From Psychromonas sp. (GTDB lineage Bacteria > Pseudomonadota > Gammaproteobacteria > Enterobacterales > Psychromonadaceae), in NCBI RefSeq assembly GCF_041586535.1, contig NZ_JBFGZY010000003.1, positions 1,021 through 65,020 of the forward strand: a DNA stretch of 64,000 nt, in the 5' to 3' direction. Under the pieces are notes generated by a model. That model was not told where the DNA came from, searched no databases, and saw only the letters and a list, made by a program, of their open reading frames with translations. Each line of letters starts with the position of its first letter. Positions within the stretch are counted from its first letter, which is position 1. Below are positions 8,765 through 18,654 of this stretch, piece by piece. The translations under genes were made by a program, and so were the position numbers.

Positions 8765-10174
8765 TTATTTAGAGAGGTAATTTTCCATGTCAGTTTTTAG
8801 GTTATCTGATTTAGTACCGAAGATAGCCTGAACACCGTTACCAGATACAAATACACCCGCAGCACCTAGTTTTTTAAGTTCAGCCTGATCTACTAAAGCA
8901 ATGTCTTTAACCGTAACACGCAGACGGGTAATACATGCGTCTAAGTTATCAAGGTTTGCTTTACCACCGAATGCTGCTACTAACAGGATAGCCATTTCAG
9001 TGCTGTCAACTTTTACTGTTACTTCAGCTTCAAGTTCTTCACGACCAGGCGTTTTAAGGTCTAACTTAGCAATCACAACACGGAATACTGTGTAGTAGAT
9101 ACCTGCATAGATAATACCTACAACCGGGAACCATAGGAATTTTTGAGAGTTAGCAGATAGTACTAAGAAGTCAATTAGACCGTGTGAGAATGAAGTACCG
9201 TGAACCATGCCAAATAAGTTTGTTACAACAAACGCAGAACCAGCTAATAGGGCATGGATTCCGTATAAAACCGGTGCTACGAACAGGAATGCAAATTCGA
9301 TTGGTTCAGTGATACCGGTCAGGAATGAAGTTAATGCAGCAGAAAGCATGATACCCATTACTTTAGCGCGGTTTTCAGGCTTAGCAGAGTGAGCAATTGC
9401 GATAGCAGCAGCAGGCAGACCGTACATTTTGAACATGTAACCACCGGCCAGCTGACCAAAGCCATTACCCGCAGCAGCACGTGTTGCTTCGTTTGCAGAA
9501 AGGTAACAAGTTAAAACACCGTTTAACTGTTCACCAGCAGCATTCACACAGCTACCTGCTTCGAAGAAGAAAGGTACATTCCAGATGTGGTGTAAACCAA
9601 ATGGGATTAATGAACGTTCAATAATACCGTAGATACCGAATGCCACCGTTGGGTTTTGCTCTGCAGCCCAGTGAGAGAAACCGGCAATTGCCGCGCCAAC
9701 AGGAGGCCAGATAACAGAAAGAATCGCACCCATGATGATAGCTGTGAAGCCGGTCATGATTGGAACAGCACGTTTACCGGCAAAGAAACCCAGGTAATCA
9801 GGTAAGGTGATATTGTAGAAACGGTTGAACATTGCAGCAGCAATACCACCGGCGATGATACCACCTAATACACCCGTATTTGCACCCGGTGCAAGTACTT
9901 CGATAGTCTGCATCATGATGAAGTAACCAACTGCAGCAGCAAGACCAGCTACACCATCATTTTTTGTAAAACCAAGGGCTACACCGATAGCAAATAATAA
10001 TGCCATGTTACCAAAAACAGCGCCACCAGCCTGTTCCATCAGTAAGGATATAACATCCGGTAATACAGCGAATTTTGCAGCACCCACACCCAGTAAAATA
10101 CCGGCTATCGGCAGTACAGATACAGGAAGCATTAATGACTTTCCTACTTTTTGTAAACTTCCGAAAATATTCAT
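8765..10174 (-). CDS. ptsG: PTS glucose-family transporter subunit IICB
   Basis: 469 aa. The N terminus [29 protein letters not shown] matches EIIC-Glc, and the C-terminal EIIB domain has the ACITRLRV cysteine motif. Confidence 0.9.
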   Translation of the reverse strand: MNIFGSLQKVGKSLMLPVSVLPIAGILLGVGAAKFAVLPDVISLLMEQAGGAVFGNMALLFAIGVALGFTKNDGVAGLAAAVGYFIMMQTIEVLAPGANTGVLGGIIAGGIAAAMFNRFYNITLPDYLGFFAGKRAVPIMTGFTAIIMGAILSVIWPPVGAAIAGFSHWAAEQNPTVAFGIYGIIERSLIPFGLHHIWNVPFFFEAGSCVNAAGEQLNGVLTCYLSANEATRAAAGNGFGQLAGGYMFKMYGLPAAAIAIAHSAKPENRAKVMGIMLSAALTSFLTGITEPIEFAFLFVAPVLYGIHALLAGSAFVVTNLFGMVHGTSFSHGLIDFLVLSANSQKFLWFPVVGIIYAGIYYTVFRVVIAKLDLKTPGREELEAEVTVKVDSTEMAILLVAAFGGKANLDNLDACITRLRVTVKDIALVDQAELKKLGAAGVFVSGNGVQAIFGTKSDNLKTDMENYLSK

Positions 10175-10398
10175 AAACTTTTTCTCCAGTTATAAGGTTA
10201 AATTTTCGTATGGTAAAAAACTGATAAATCAAATTGCTTTAATTTAATTTTGTTGAAGTATATACAGGATATTAGGTAAGCTAGTGATAAGCAGGTCACA
10301 CTTTTTTTTAAGTTACAATTACTTACAGATAAGAGGCGGACGTTACACTGCGTAACATTTTGTTACACAGTGATTGTTGAAAAAAAAGATTTTATAGA

Positions 10399-10591
10399 CT
10401 AGAGCACCTAAATCGAAAAAATTTAACGCAACATGCGACCATTTGGGCCTCGCCCTTCGGGAGCGCCTAAAAATCACTCATTCTGCGTTGTGTCAGCTCG
10501 AAAGAGATCTCTATTCCTTCGCCAACACGCCTTGCCTGAGCGATTTTCAGTCAGCTCTGGCGTTCGTTTTTTAAACTATATGGTGCTCTAG
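10399..10591. mobile_element. MITE-like palindromic repeat, copy A (193 bp, left arm shortened)
   Basis: The right roughly 165 bp are about 90 percent identical to copy B (18655..18923). Termini are CTAGAGCACC ... GGTGCTCTAG. There is no ORF. Confidence 0.75.
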
Positions 10592-10671
10592 TGAAAGTGC
10601 TGTTTTGAGAGGGACTTGGAGATGTTATGGGGAAGTTCAGATGCGCCAACATCTGAACCATAAAAAGTATA

Positions 10672-12060
10672 TCAGCCGCGCACTACCATCACACGGAATT
10701 TACGCCCTTTTAGTTTGCCTTCACTTAACTTTTTAAACGCCACTTTGATGGTATTACGTTGTACCGCGATATAGGACCAATTATCTGCTACGTGGATTTT
10801 TCCGACTTCACTACCATTAATACCATTTTCACCGGTTAATGCACCAACAATATCACCCGGTCTGATTTTCTGCTTTTTACCGCCATCAATACGGATAGTG
10901 ATCATATTTGCCTGCGCCGGCTGTTGATCCAGTAAGTTTAAAGGAGGCAGCTGTTCAGGTGAAATATCACGATCTAAATAATCCTCGAGCAGGATCACTC
11001 TGTGGTGCTCTTTATCACTGAAAAAAGAGAATGCCAGGCCTTTATTACCGGCTCGTCCAGTACGGCCGATGCGGTGTACATGGACTTCCTGATCATGAGC
11101 GATATGAAAATTAAAGACTGCACTGAGGTTATCAATATCCAGACCACGTGCCGCCACATCTGTTGCAACCAGGATATTGGCACTTTTATTGGCAAAGCGT
11201 ATTAATGCCTGATCGCGGTCTTTTTGCTCTAAATCACCGTGCAGGGCAAGTGCGTTAAAGCCGCGATTTGCCAGTTCATCTGCTACTTCCTGCACTTCTT
11301 TTTTAGTGTTACAGAAAACTACTGATGATTCCGGTTGATACCGTTGCAATAATAATCGCAAAGCAATCATGCGCTCCTGATTATTTTCTACTTTATAAAA
11401 ATGCTGTGCAATAATGCTGTCGTCATGTTGAGATTCAGCCTTAACCATGACCGGTGCTAGCATAATGCGTTTGGCGATATTATTAATTTGCTCCGGAAAG
11501 GTGGCACTAAATAATAGAGTCTGCCGCTGTTTAGGGGTTTGATCTATGATGGCATCAAGGGATACCTGAAAGCCCATCTCCAGCATGCGGTCGGCTTCAT
11601 CCAATACTAACATTTGTAAGTCATCCAAACGTAACGTGCCTTTGCGCAGATGATCTTCAATCCGTCCGGGAGTACCGACGATAATATGAGCGCCATGTTC
11701 TAATGATCCTATTTGCGGACCAAACGGTACACCGCCGCACAGAGTTAATACTTTAATATTATGAATGGTACGGGCAAGCCTGCGCAGCTCTTTACTAACC
11801 TGGTCAGCAAGCTCGCGTGTCGGGCAGAGAATCAGGCCCTGAATGCGGAAACGCTTAACATCAAGCTTTGCTAACAAACCCAAACCAAATGCCGCCGTTT
11901 TACCGGAGCCGGTTTTACCCTGTGCAATGACGTCTTTACCCGCAAGTACATGGGGCAGGCTTTGCGCTTGAATAGGGGTCATACCGTGATAGCCTAATGA
12001 GTCCAGGTTATGTAACAGATCGGCATGTAATGATAATGTTGAGAATGGAGATTGGCTCAA
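10672..12060 (-). CDS. dbpA: ATP-dependent RNA helicase DbpA
   Basis: DEAD-box motifs AQGKTGSGKT, DEAD, SAT and HRIGRTGR are present. The C-terminal DbpA RNA-binding domain reads IDGGKKQKIRPGDIVGAL. Confidence 0.9.
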   Translation of the reverse strand: MSQSPFSTLSLHADLLHNLDSLGYHGMTPIQAQSLPHVLAGKDVIAQGKTGSGKTAAFGLGLLAKLDVKRFRIQGLILCPTRELADQVSKELRRLARTIHNIKVLTLCGGVPFGPQIGSLEHGAHIIVGTPGRIEDHLRKGTLRLDDLQMLVLDEADRMLEMGFQVSLDAIIDQTPKQRQTLLFSATFPEQINNIAKRIMLAPVMVKAESQHDDSIIAQHFYKVENNQERMIALRLLLQRYQPESSVVFCNTKKEVQEVADELANRGFNALALHGDLEQKDRDQALIRFANKSANILVATDVAARGLDIDNLSAVFNFHIAHDQEVHVHRIGRTGRAGNKGLAFSFFSDKEHHRVILLEDYLDRDISPEQLPPLNLLDQQPAQANMITIRIDGGKKQKIRPGDIVGALTGENGINGSEVGKIHVADNWSYIAVQRNTIKVAFKKLSEGKLKGRKFRVMVVRG

Positions 12061-12090
12061 GGTTTAAATCCTATAGAATATACATTGTTT

Positions 12091-12142
12091 AAAAAAAGAG
12101 CGCACCTTAACACTTTGCGAACTACTTCACAAAGTGTTAAGG
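12091..12142 (-). terminator. Rho-independent terminator of the protease gene
   Basis: Minus strand has CCTTAACACTTTG ... CAAAGTGTTAAGG followed by GCGCTCTTTTTTT. Confidence 0.8.
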
Positions 12143-12148
12143 GTAATA

Positions 12149-13099
12149 TTATAAGAATTTATAACAGCGGCGAATAAATAACAGAGGAAAGAGCAAAACA
12201 GTTAGCCACCCTATAGCGCCACCACCGCCCGAGTTGTTTGAGTCGCTGTTTGAGTCGCTGTTTGAGTCATCACTAATGTTAATTTGGCTCATCCAGAGTA
12301 TGCCGTTCACCCAATCTTCATACAGGGCTAAACGAGTATAAACTCCCGGATAGCCTTTGGCTGCGCAGCCACTTCCCCAGCTGACTATGCCTATCTGCTG
12401 CCAACTGTCATCATCTTGTTTAATCACTAAAGGACCGCCACTGTCTCCCTGGCAGCTATCTTTACCGCCATCTTCTAAACCAGCGCAGAGCATTTCAGCA
12501 GTATAATTATCATCGTATGCCTCGTTGCACATATCATCTGTCAATAATGGGATTTCGACATAGTTTAGAATATTTGGGAAATCAGGGTCATTACGCTCAT
12601 CAGACGGGACTGTTGAGCCCCAGCCCAGTGCCGTCACGTTGTCCTGAGATACAACAGCATCTGTTGTATCCTCCAGACTGACCGGTGAAATTAAACTGGG
12701 ATCAGCAACGGCGGAGGCAAGTTTTAACAGGGCAATATCATTCACAGGCGGTGAGCTAGTGTAATCAGGGTGGATATAGAACTGCTCGATTTCTATTGCG
12801 GTCGTAGCAGGTATTGAATCTAGGTCATATTCACCAATGGTGGCGGTGATTTGTGATACTGACTGCAAATCATCCAAGCAGTGAGCTGCTGTTAATACCC
12901 ATTGTTTAGCGATTAACGACCCGCCACAGAAATGTTTCTGTGTGGTACTGTCTTTCAGACTGACAGCCCAGGGAAATTGGTTAATATCACTTTCTTGCCC
13001 ACCAACAATACGTGTAGATATTTCAGCTGCAGAGGTAACAAGAGGGAGACATAACGTCGCTAAAGATGCTTTAAATATATAACTTAACCAGCACTTCAT
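12149..13099 (-). CDS. secreted trypsin-like (S1) serine protease with GlyGly-CTERM sorting tail, VesB-like
   Basis: Signal peptide, activation site R-IVGG, and catalytic motifs TAAHC, NDIALLKL and GDSGGPL. The C terminus reads SDSNSDSNSDSNNSGGGGAIGWLTVLLFPLLFIRR. Confidence 0.9.
   Translation of the reverse strand: MKCWLSYIFKASLATLCLPLVTSAAEISTRIVGGQESDINQFPWAVSLKDSTTQKHFCGGSLIAKQWVLTAAHCLDDLQSVSQITATIGEYDLDSIPATTAIEIEQFYIHPDYTSSPPVNDIALLKLASAVADPSLISPVSLEDTTDAVVSQDNVTALGWGSTVPSDERNDPDFPNILNYVEIPLLTDDMCNEAYDDNYTAEMLCAGLEDGGKDSCQGDSGGPLVIKQDDDSWQQIGIVSWGSGCAAKGYPGVYTRLALYEDWVNGILWMSQINISDDSNSDSNSDSNNSGGGGAIGWLTVLLFPLLFIRRCYKFL
12231..12270. repeat. 12-bp tandem repeat (about 3 units, GTTTGAGTCGCT) encoding the (SDSN)3 linker
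   Basis: Direct reading of 12236-12268. It is in frame within the protease gene. Confidence 0.85.
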
Positions 13100-13149
13100 A
13101 AATATTCCCTGTCATTTTTATAGTTAATATGGATGAGCCATCCATTTCA

Positions 13150-13497
13150 TTATAGTACGGGAATATCAAAGTTTTCTGGTTGATCGCTATAGACACAAAC
13201 ATTATAGGCTTCAACAAGTCCATTTTCCGCGATACACTGGCTCTGGAAAAAATCAACAATCTCTTTGCGCTGGCAATGCGCTTCAAAAGCTGCTTTATTT
13301 GACCATATTTCATTAAAGACAATTGGATAACTTGTTCCCGGGGCAAAATCGTTTTTAATATGACGCGTAACTAAGTATTGAATACAACCATCTTCCCGCT
13401 GAGCATTCGGCTCAAGGGCTTGTAATACTTTAAACAGTTCTTCGTTTTTACCGGCTTTAGGTTTGAACATGGCAATACAGTATATTTTTTGAGACAT
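13150..13497 (-). CDS. antibiotic-biosynthesis-monooxygenase (ABM) family protein / putative quinol monooxygenase
   Basis: 115 aa from the internal ATG 13497 (MSQKIYCIAMFKPKAGKNEELFKVLQAL...). It shows the ferredoxin-like ABM pattern. The upstream part of the listed ORF looks non-coding. Confidence 0.7.
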   Translation of the reverse strand: MSQKIYCIAMFKPKAGKNEELFKVLQALEPNAQREDGCIQYLVTRHIKNDFAPGTSYPIVFNEIWSNKAAFEAHCQRKEIVDFFQSQCIAENGLVEAYNVCVYSDQPENFDIPVL

Positions 13498-13717
13498 AAA
13501 TAACCTTTGATTTAACTTAACAGTGAAAATTGACCTGAGAGCAGGGGAGGGGCGGATTGTACATGAGTTACGATGGGCTAATCTATACCCATGGTGCTTC
13601 AAGATGCTGATTATGTATCTTGAACTAACATGGGTATATAGTTTTGGTGTTTATTACGCAGTGCGCAGTACAAACATTTAACCTCTTTTCATTTCAGTTA
13701 ACTGCCTGCAGCAGCGA

Positions 13718-14173
13718 TTATTCGACTCGCTGAACCGTCAACACACCAACTTCGATAGCGATAATTTTGACTTCGGTGCCGGCGCTTAATGGCTCTTTTG
13801 CTTTGACTTTCCAATCGATTCCTGAATAACGATGAGTGATCGTCCGGCCGATGGCTAATTCTTCAGTTAATATAAATTGATATCCGATCATGTCATTATT
13901 AACATGTTTTGGCTCGACTTTATTCTGTATATTTTTCATCGGTTTCCAGGCAACTAATGCAATCAGGCTCGTGATAATTGCCGTTGATAATAGCGCATTA
14001 AACAACGTCTCCGGGATCACCCCGATCGCCATCAACAGACCGCTGGCGATAAGACCTGCCCCTATAAAAAACAGATAAAAGGTTGAGAAACCCAATATCA
14101 GTACTTCAATCACCAATAAGATTAACCCGACTACAATAAAACTTTGTGGTAAATACGGAAAAATAGTTTCCAT
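13718..14173 (-). CDS. NfeD-family membrane protein
   Basis: Three or four N-terminal TM helices plus a C-terminal OB-like soluble domain. It lies 2 nt downstream of an SPFH gene, the classic NfeD/SPFH pairing. Confidence 0.85.
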   Translation of the reverse strand: METIFPYLPQSFIVVGLILLVIEVLILGFSTFYLFFIGAGLIASGLLMAIGVIPETLFNALLSTAIITSLIALVAWKPMKNIQNKVEPKHVNNDMIGYQFILTEELAIGRTITHRYSGIDWKVKAKEPLSAGTEVKIIAIEVGVLTVQRVE

Positions 14174-14175
14174 GA

Positions 14176-15111
14176 TTAACCTTTGCTCAAACTATTAATG
14201 ATAGTGGTTGCCTGGGCAACAATAGACGCCGTATCCGTGCCGTTTTCAGGCAGCAATATCACTGAAGATTCTTTGGCGATTGCTGCTTTAGCTTCAATGG
14301 CTTTTGTGGCTAAATCGAGTTGAATGGCCTTTTGTCCTTCTTCTGTATTAGCAGCCACCCCGATGGTGTGCAGTGCTTCAGCCTGAGCGTTGGCAACCGC
14401 AATAATTGCTTGCGCTTCACCTTCTGCCCGTAATACCTGTTCTTCTTTTTCAGCTTCAGCCTGCAGGACGACCGAACGCTTTTGGCCCTCTGCAACGTTA
14501 ATCGCTGCTTGTCTGTCACCTTCAGACTCTAATATTTGTGCGCGTTTCACCCGCTCTGCTTTCATTTGCGTTTCCATTGCTTCCATAACGGTTTGCGGCG
14601 GTACGATGTCTTTTATCTCGTAACGCAGGACCTGAATGCCCCATGGACCGGATGCTTCATTGATAGATGCAACAATATTAGTATTGAGTACATCCCGTTC
14701 TTCAAAGGTTTTATCAAGCTCCATTTTACCCAATTCAGAACGCATTGTAGTTTGCGATAACTGGGTAACAGCGAAGACGTAATCGTCGACTCCGTAAGTA
14801 GCTTTATAAGGATCTAATACTCTGAAATAGAGAACACCATCAACGCTTAGAGAAATATTGTCTTTGGTGATTGCGCTTTGGCTTGGCACATCAACGGCCT
14901 GCTCTTTTAGCGAACGGTCAGCAGCGATGCGGTCAATAAATGGGAAAAGAAAATTTAATCCGGCTTCGCGGGTTGACTGGTATTTACCAAAACGTTCGAT
15001 CAGGTAAGCCCGGTTTTGCGGCACAAAAATTACCGATGATTTTAAGATGACTATCACCAGTACAAGGATAAAAACTTCAATTCTTAATAAATAATCAAAT
15101 ATAAAATCCAT
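14176..15111 (-). CDS. SPFH/band-7 (stomatin-like, QmcA-type) protein
   Basis: Starts at internal ATG 15111 (AAGGGA upstream). N-terminal TM, then VPQNRAYLIERFGKY...SQSAITKDN...RYEIKDIVPP and an Ala/Glu-rich coiled coil. Confidence 0.9.
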   Translation of the reverse strand: MDFIFDYLLRIEVFILVLVIVILKSSVIFVPQNRAYLIERFGKYQSTREAGLNFLFPFIDRIAADRSLKEQAVDVPSQSAITKDNISLSVDGVLYFRVLDPYKATYGVDDYVFAVTQLSQTTMRSELGKMELDKTFEERDVLNTNIVASINEASGPWGIQVLRYEIKDIVPPQTVMEAMETQMKAERVKRAQILESEGDRQAAINVAEGQKRSVVLQAEAEKEEQVLRAEGEAQAIIAVANAQAEALHTIGVAANTEEGQKAIQLDLATKAIEAKAAIAKESSVILLPENGTDTASIVAQATTIINSLSKG

Positions 15112-15506
15112 ATGAATCCCTTTAATAAAGTCCAATAATACTGGTAAGAATAACCCTTTAGCTCGATAAATAAAACCATTATAAAAGACTATTCCAGAGT
15201 GACGGTTTATCTTTGTTATCAACCTCTAAGATTATGCAGTAGAACCACTATTTATGCATTATCTGTGAAATAAAGCTAATCAATGGCTGGTGAATTTTGA
15301 TAGAAAAATACGCAGCCTGCTGCAATTAAAGTCGCAATTGCAGATGTTTTGCAGAGGTATTTGTGATATAAAGCTGTGTTGATGAAAGGGAGTGCGCATA
15401 TTAACAGTTCTCAAGTGTGAAAAATTGCATCTTCTTGATGTTAAGCAGCGCTATTGGCCAGACTTTTGATGAATTTGGGCGACAACGCTCAATAAGTGAG
15501 TAAAGA

Positions 15507-17204
15507 TTGTTTTCAGCTTTAACAAAATCTTTGGCGGGTAAAGTCACATTTAAAGATATTCAGGTGAATGTCCTTGCAGGTTTAACCGTTGGTGTTATTG
15601 CGCTGCCGCTATCGATGGCATTAGCTATTGCCAGTGGTGTAGCGCCTCAACATGGGCTGTATACGGCTATTGTTGCAGGCATAGTTATTGCCGTCAGTGG
15701 TGGATCGAAAGTTAATATATCCGGGCCTACTGCAGCATTTGTGGTTGTGTTACTGCCTATTGTCCAGCAGTTTGGTATTGGCGGTTTGCTGGTTAGTGGT
15801 TTTATGGCCGGTATCGTATTGATCTTGATGGGAGTTGGCAAACTCGGCAAACTCATTGAAATTGTTCCTTATCCGGTTATTATCGGCTTTACCGCAGGTA
15901 TTGGTGTGGTTATCGGTACGCTGCAGATAAAAGATTTTCTAGGTCTTAATATCAATGCATTAGATGGAGACTATCTGGATAAGCTTGTATTGATAGTCTC
16001 TGCATTACCTACTATTAACTGGCAGGAATTTTTAATTGGCGCACTTACAATAACCACTTTATTGTTCTGGCCGCGATTACGCTCGCAAATACCCGGACAT
16101 CTGGTAGCGCTGCTGGTCGGCTCTACTTGCGCATGGCTACTTAGCCAGTTGAGCCAGGACTTTTCCGTGGCAACAATCGGCAGTCGATTTCATTATGAGA
16201 TAAATGGCCTGATCGGTGATGGTATCCCGGCGGTTTTGCCTGCCTTCGAGTGGCCCTGGAATCTGCCTGATGCCGATGGAAACCCCATTGGCCTGAGTTT
16301 TACGCTTATCAGAATGTTATTACCCTCTGCGATCACTATCGCCATACTTGGTTCGCTGGAATCTCTGTTATGTGCAGTAGTCGCAGATGGTATGACGGGG
16401 AAAAAGCATAATCCAAATGATGAGCTTATTGGCCAGGGTATAGGCAATATGATGGCGCCGTTATTTGGCGGAATACCTGCAACTGCAGCCATTGCCCGCA
16501 CTGCGGCTAACATTAAAGCCGGCGGCAGCTTACCGCTCGCGTCCGTGGTACACGGTTTGTTTATTCTTATTGCAATTTTAGCACTTACGCCCTTATTGGC
16601 GTTTATCCCTATGGCATCGATGGCGGCTTTATTATTAGTCGTTGCATGGAATATGAGCGAGGCGAAACATTTTATTCGTACCATTAAAATCGCCCCGAGG
16701 GATGATCTTATTGTATTGATTTTATGTTTTTTACTGACAGTTCTCTTTGATATGACAGTTGCTGTCGCGGTCGGCATGGGATTAGCTGCAATGCTGTTTA
16801 TCCGCAGGAGCATCACGCTGACAAGTACAACCAGAATGGAAAAAAAGCACCAACTCTATGGTGAGCTATCTGATCATATTGCGATTTATGACATTAACGG
16901 TTCATTATTTTTCGGCTCTGCGCAAAAAGCGCTGCAAAGCATTACAATTGTTACCCCGGATCTGCGTGTTGTCATACTCGATATGTCGGAAGTTAATATG
17001 CTTGATATGAGTGCGATTATTGCTATGGAATCGATCAAGGAGAGTCTTGCTAAACAGCAGATTGGCTTAATTATTAATAATTTGCAACCACGAATGGTAC
17101 TGAAATTACGCCGCGCCGGAGTGCGCTACAAACCCGGAAAAATACAGTTTTCCCGGACACTTGCAGATGCGATTGGAATTGCCGATAAAATGCTCGTACG
17201 ATGA
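15507..17204 (+). CDS. dauA: SulP-family anion transporter with STAS domain (DauA/YchM-like)
   Basis: 565 aa. GLTVGVIALPLSMALAIASGVAPQHGLYTAIVAGIVIAVSGGSKVNISGPTAAFVV closely resembles E. coli DauA from memory. A C-terminal STAS domain is present. The listed start is TTG. Confidence 0.8.
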   Translation: MFSALTKSLAGKVTFKDIQVNVLAGLTVGVIALPLSMALAIASGVAPQHGLYTAIVAGIVIAVSGGSKVNISGPTAAFVVVLLPIVQQFGIGGLLVSGFMAGIVLILMGVGKLGKLIEIVPYPVIIGFTAGIGVVIGTLQIKDFLGLNINALDGDYLDKLVLIVSALPTINWQEFLIGALTITTLLFWPRLRSQIPGHLVALLVGSTCAWLLSQLSQDFSVATIGSRFHYEINGLIGDGIPAVLPAFEWPWNLPDADGNPIGLSFTLIRMLLPSAITIAILGSLESLLCAVVADGMTGKKHNPNDELIGQGIGNMMAPLFGGIPATAAIARTAANIKAGGSLPLASVVHGLFILIAILALTPLLAFIPMASMAALLLVVAWNMSEAKHFIRTIKIAPRDDLIVLILCFLLTVLFDMTVAVAVGMGLAAMLFIRRSITLTSTTRMEKKHQLYGELSDHIAIYDINGSLFFGSAQKALQSITIVTPDLRVVILDMSEVNMLDMSAIIAMESIKESLAKQQIGLIINNLQPRMVLKLRRAGVRYKPGKIQFSRTLADAIGIADKMLVR

Positions 17205-17233
17205 TATATGTTGAATTGTTGAATAAGCAGGTA

Positions 17234-18142
17234 TTAATAATGGTTGAGCAGGGGTAAACCGCTAAAAACCTGAACGTTAAAACTCTGCTTATGATTAATA
17301 GGGTTATGTTCTTTTACACATAAGGCTACACAGTGTTTCTGATCCGGATAGAGCAGACAACTGTACCAGTCTTGGTTATTCTGTTCACTGCAGCTCGGAG
17401 CAAAATTGAGCTGAATATTATCATTAAACTGACTTGTTTCTGCCTTGCCTATTGTAAAATTAAAGGATTCTAAACCCTGGCTGATACCCAGTCCCGTGGC
17501 TTTTACAAATGCCTCTTTTAACGTCCAATACTCAAAAAACCGTCGCTTCTGTAACGCACTGGGAAGTGTCATTAATGCCTCAAACTCTGTTGTCGAGAAA
17601 TAACGTCGGGCAATCCCTTTGATGCTGATTTTCCGGGATAAGCTTTCAATGTCACAACCTATATTTTTATTCAGGCACACGGCACATATGATCACTTCAT
17701 CGTTGTGACTAAGATTAAAAGAGAGTGGCAGAGGCGGGTTGCTTATTTCCGGTTTTCCCTGCGGAGCAATATCAAAATTCCATTTTTCAGCGGGAAGATC
17801 AGCGTATTGAGATAAAACTTTGCGTACAAAAGCTCTGGTGATAAGGGCTGTGTGTTGTGATTTGGGCAGACGGTAACGTTGTATTTTTTCAACTTCACTC
17901 TCACTGAGTAACATTTTCAGCGAATTAAGCAGTTCACCATCGGTTATCTTCGCCGGCTCTATCAACCAGAGGTGAATCTCATTATTATGAAGAGGTAATA
18001 TTGAAGCAGAATGATAAGTGAGCACTGGTGACCTAATAATATAAAATGCAAAGCTATACCCAAGGTGCAGTAATTTGCATCTTAAAGTAGTTTGGGTATA
18101 GATAACAAAAAGGGATAGCCAAGCTACCCCTTTACGATTCAC
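17234..18142 (-). CDS. 4-prime-phosphopantetheinyl transferase, Sfp/EntD type
   Basis: Motifs FNLSHNDEVIICAV, GCDIE and FFEYWTLKEAFVKATG are present. The true start is probably internal (GTG 18025), because the first 40 aa look non-native. Confidence 0.8.
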   Translation of the reverse strand: MNRKGVAWLSLFVIYTQTTLRCKLLHLGYSFAFYIIRSPVLTYHSASILPLHNNEIHLWLIEPAKITDGELLNSLKMLLSESEVEKIQRYRLPKSQHTALITRAFVRKVLSQYADLPAEKWNFDIAPQGKPEISNPPLPLSFNLSHNDEVIICAVCLNKNIGCDIESLSRKISIKGIARRYFSTTEFEALMTLPSALQKRRFFEYWTLKEAFVKATGLGISQGLESFNFTIGKAETSQFNDNIQLNFAPSCSEQNNQDWYSCLLYPDQKHCVALCVKEHNPINHKQSFNVQVFSGLPLLNHY

Positions 18143-18155
18143 CCAACTTAAATAA

Positions 18156-18458
18156 TTATTTTTTTATTTCTCTAAGTTTGAACGAATTAATTTGTTTATT
18201 TATTTCACGACGTTCTTTTGAAAGCTCCGCACCTTTAATGATGTGGTCATCAACACGGTCTTCGTAGTCTGCCTGCATATGGTTAATAATATTAACGATA
18301 TCTGCATGTGACATGTTCGGCTTGATGTATTCTAATAAATTACTCAGTAATTCAACACGTTTCGTGTTATCACGTATTTTTTTCTCATTATCAAGAATTT
18401 CACGCTTAAGTTTGTTTTTACGGCGAGTATTTTTTACCAATTCAAGCAAATTATCCAT
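18156..18458 (-). CDS. yeeX: UPF0265 / DUF496 protein YeeX
   Basis: 100 aa. [27 protein letters not shown]...YIKPNMS...[23 protein letters not shown] matches E. coli YeeX as I remember it. Confidence 0.8.
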   Translation of the reverse strand: MDNLLELVKNTRRKNKLKREILDNEKKIRDNTKRVELLSNLLEYIKPNMSHADIVNIINHMQADYEDRVDDHIIKGAELSKERREINKQINSFKLREIKK

Positions 18459-18654
18459 TATTTTACCCTTTCTTTAAATTAAAATTGTAAAGTGCGCTCG
18501 ATCTATTATAACGATTGAAATAAGAAAGATGATAGTAATTTTTTATAAAAAATCGTAACTTATAAAAAATTTTAACTTTCGGATAACGATGCTCTATTGA
18601 CCTTGTGAGATTGTTTTCGTCGTTGTTGGTTGTTTTAGAGCGCAGGATAGAGGC

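Noticed and set aside
10283-10300. CRP-like site aGTGAtaagcaggTCACA upstream of ptsG
   Set aside because: The half-sites are separated by 8 nt rather than the canonical 6 nt of TGTGA-N6-TCACA, so it is not a standard CRP box. It is kept only as a note.
16193-16816. 207-aa ORF on the minus strand inside the SulP transporter gene
   Set aside because: It is entirely antisense to a well-supported membrane transporter. Its composition (Ala/Ile/Pro-rich) mirrors the sense strand codons, and it has no motif or ribosome-binding site.
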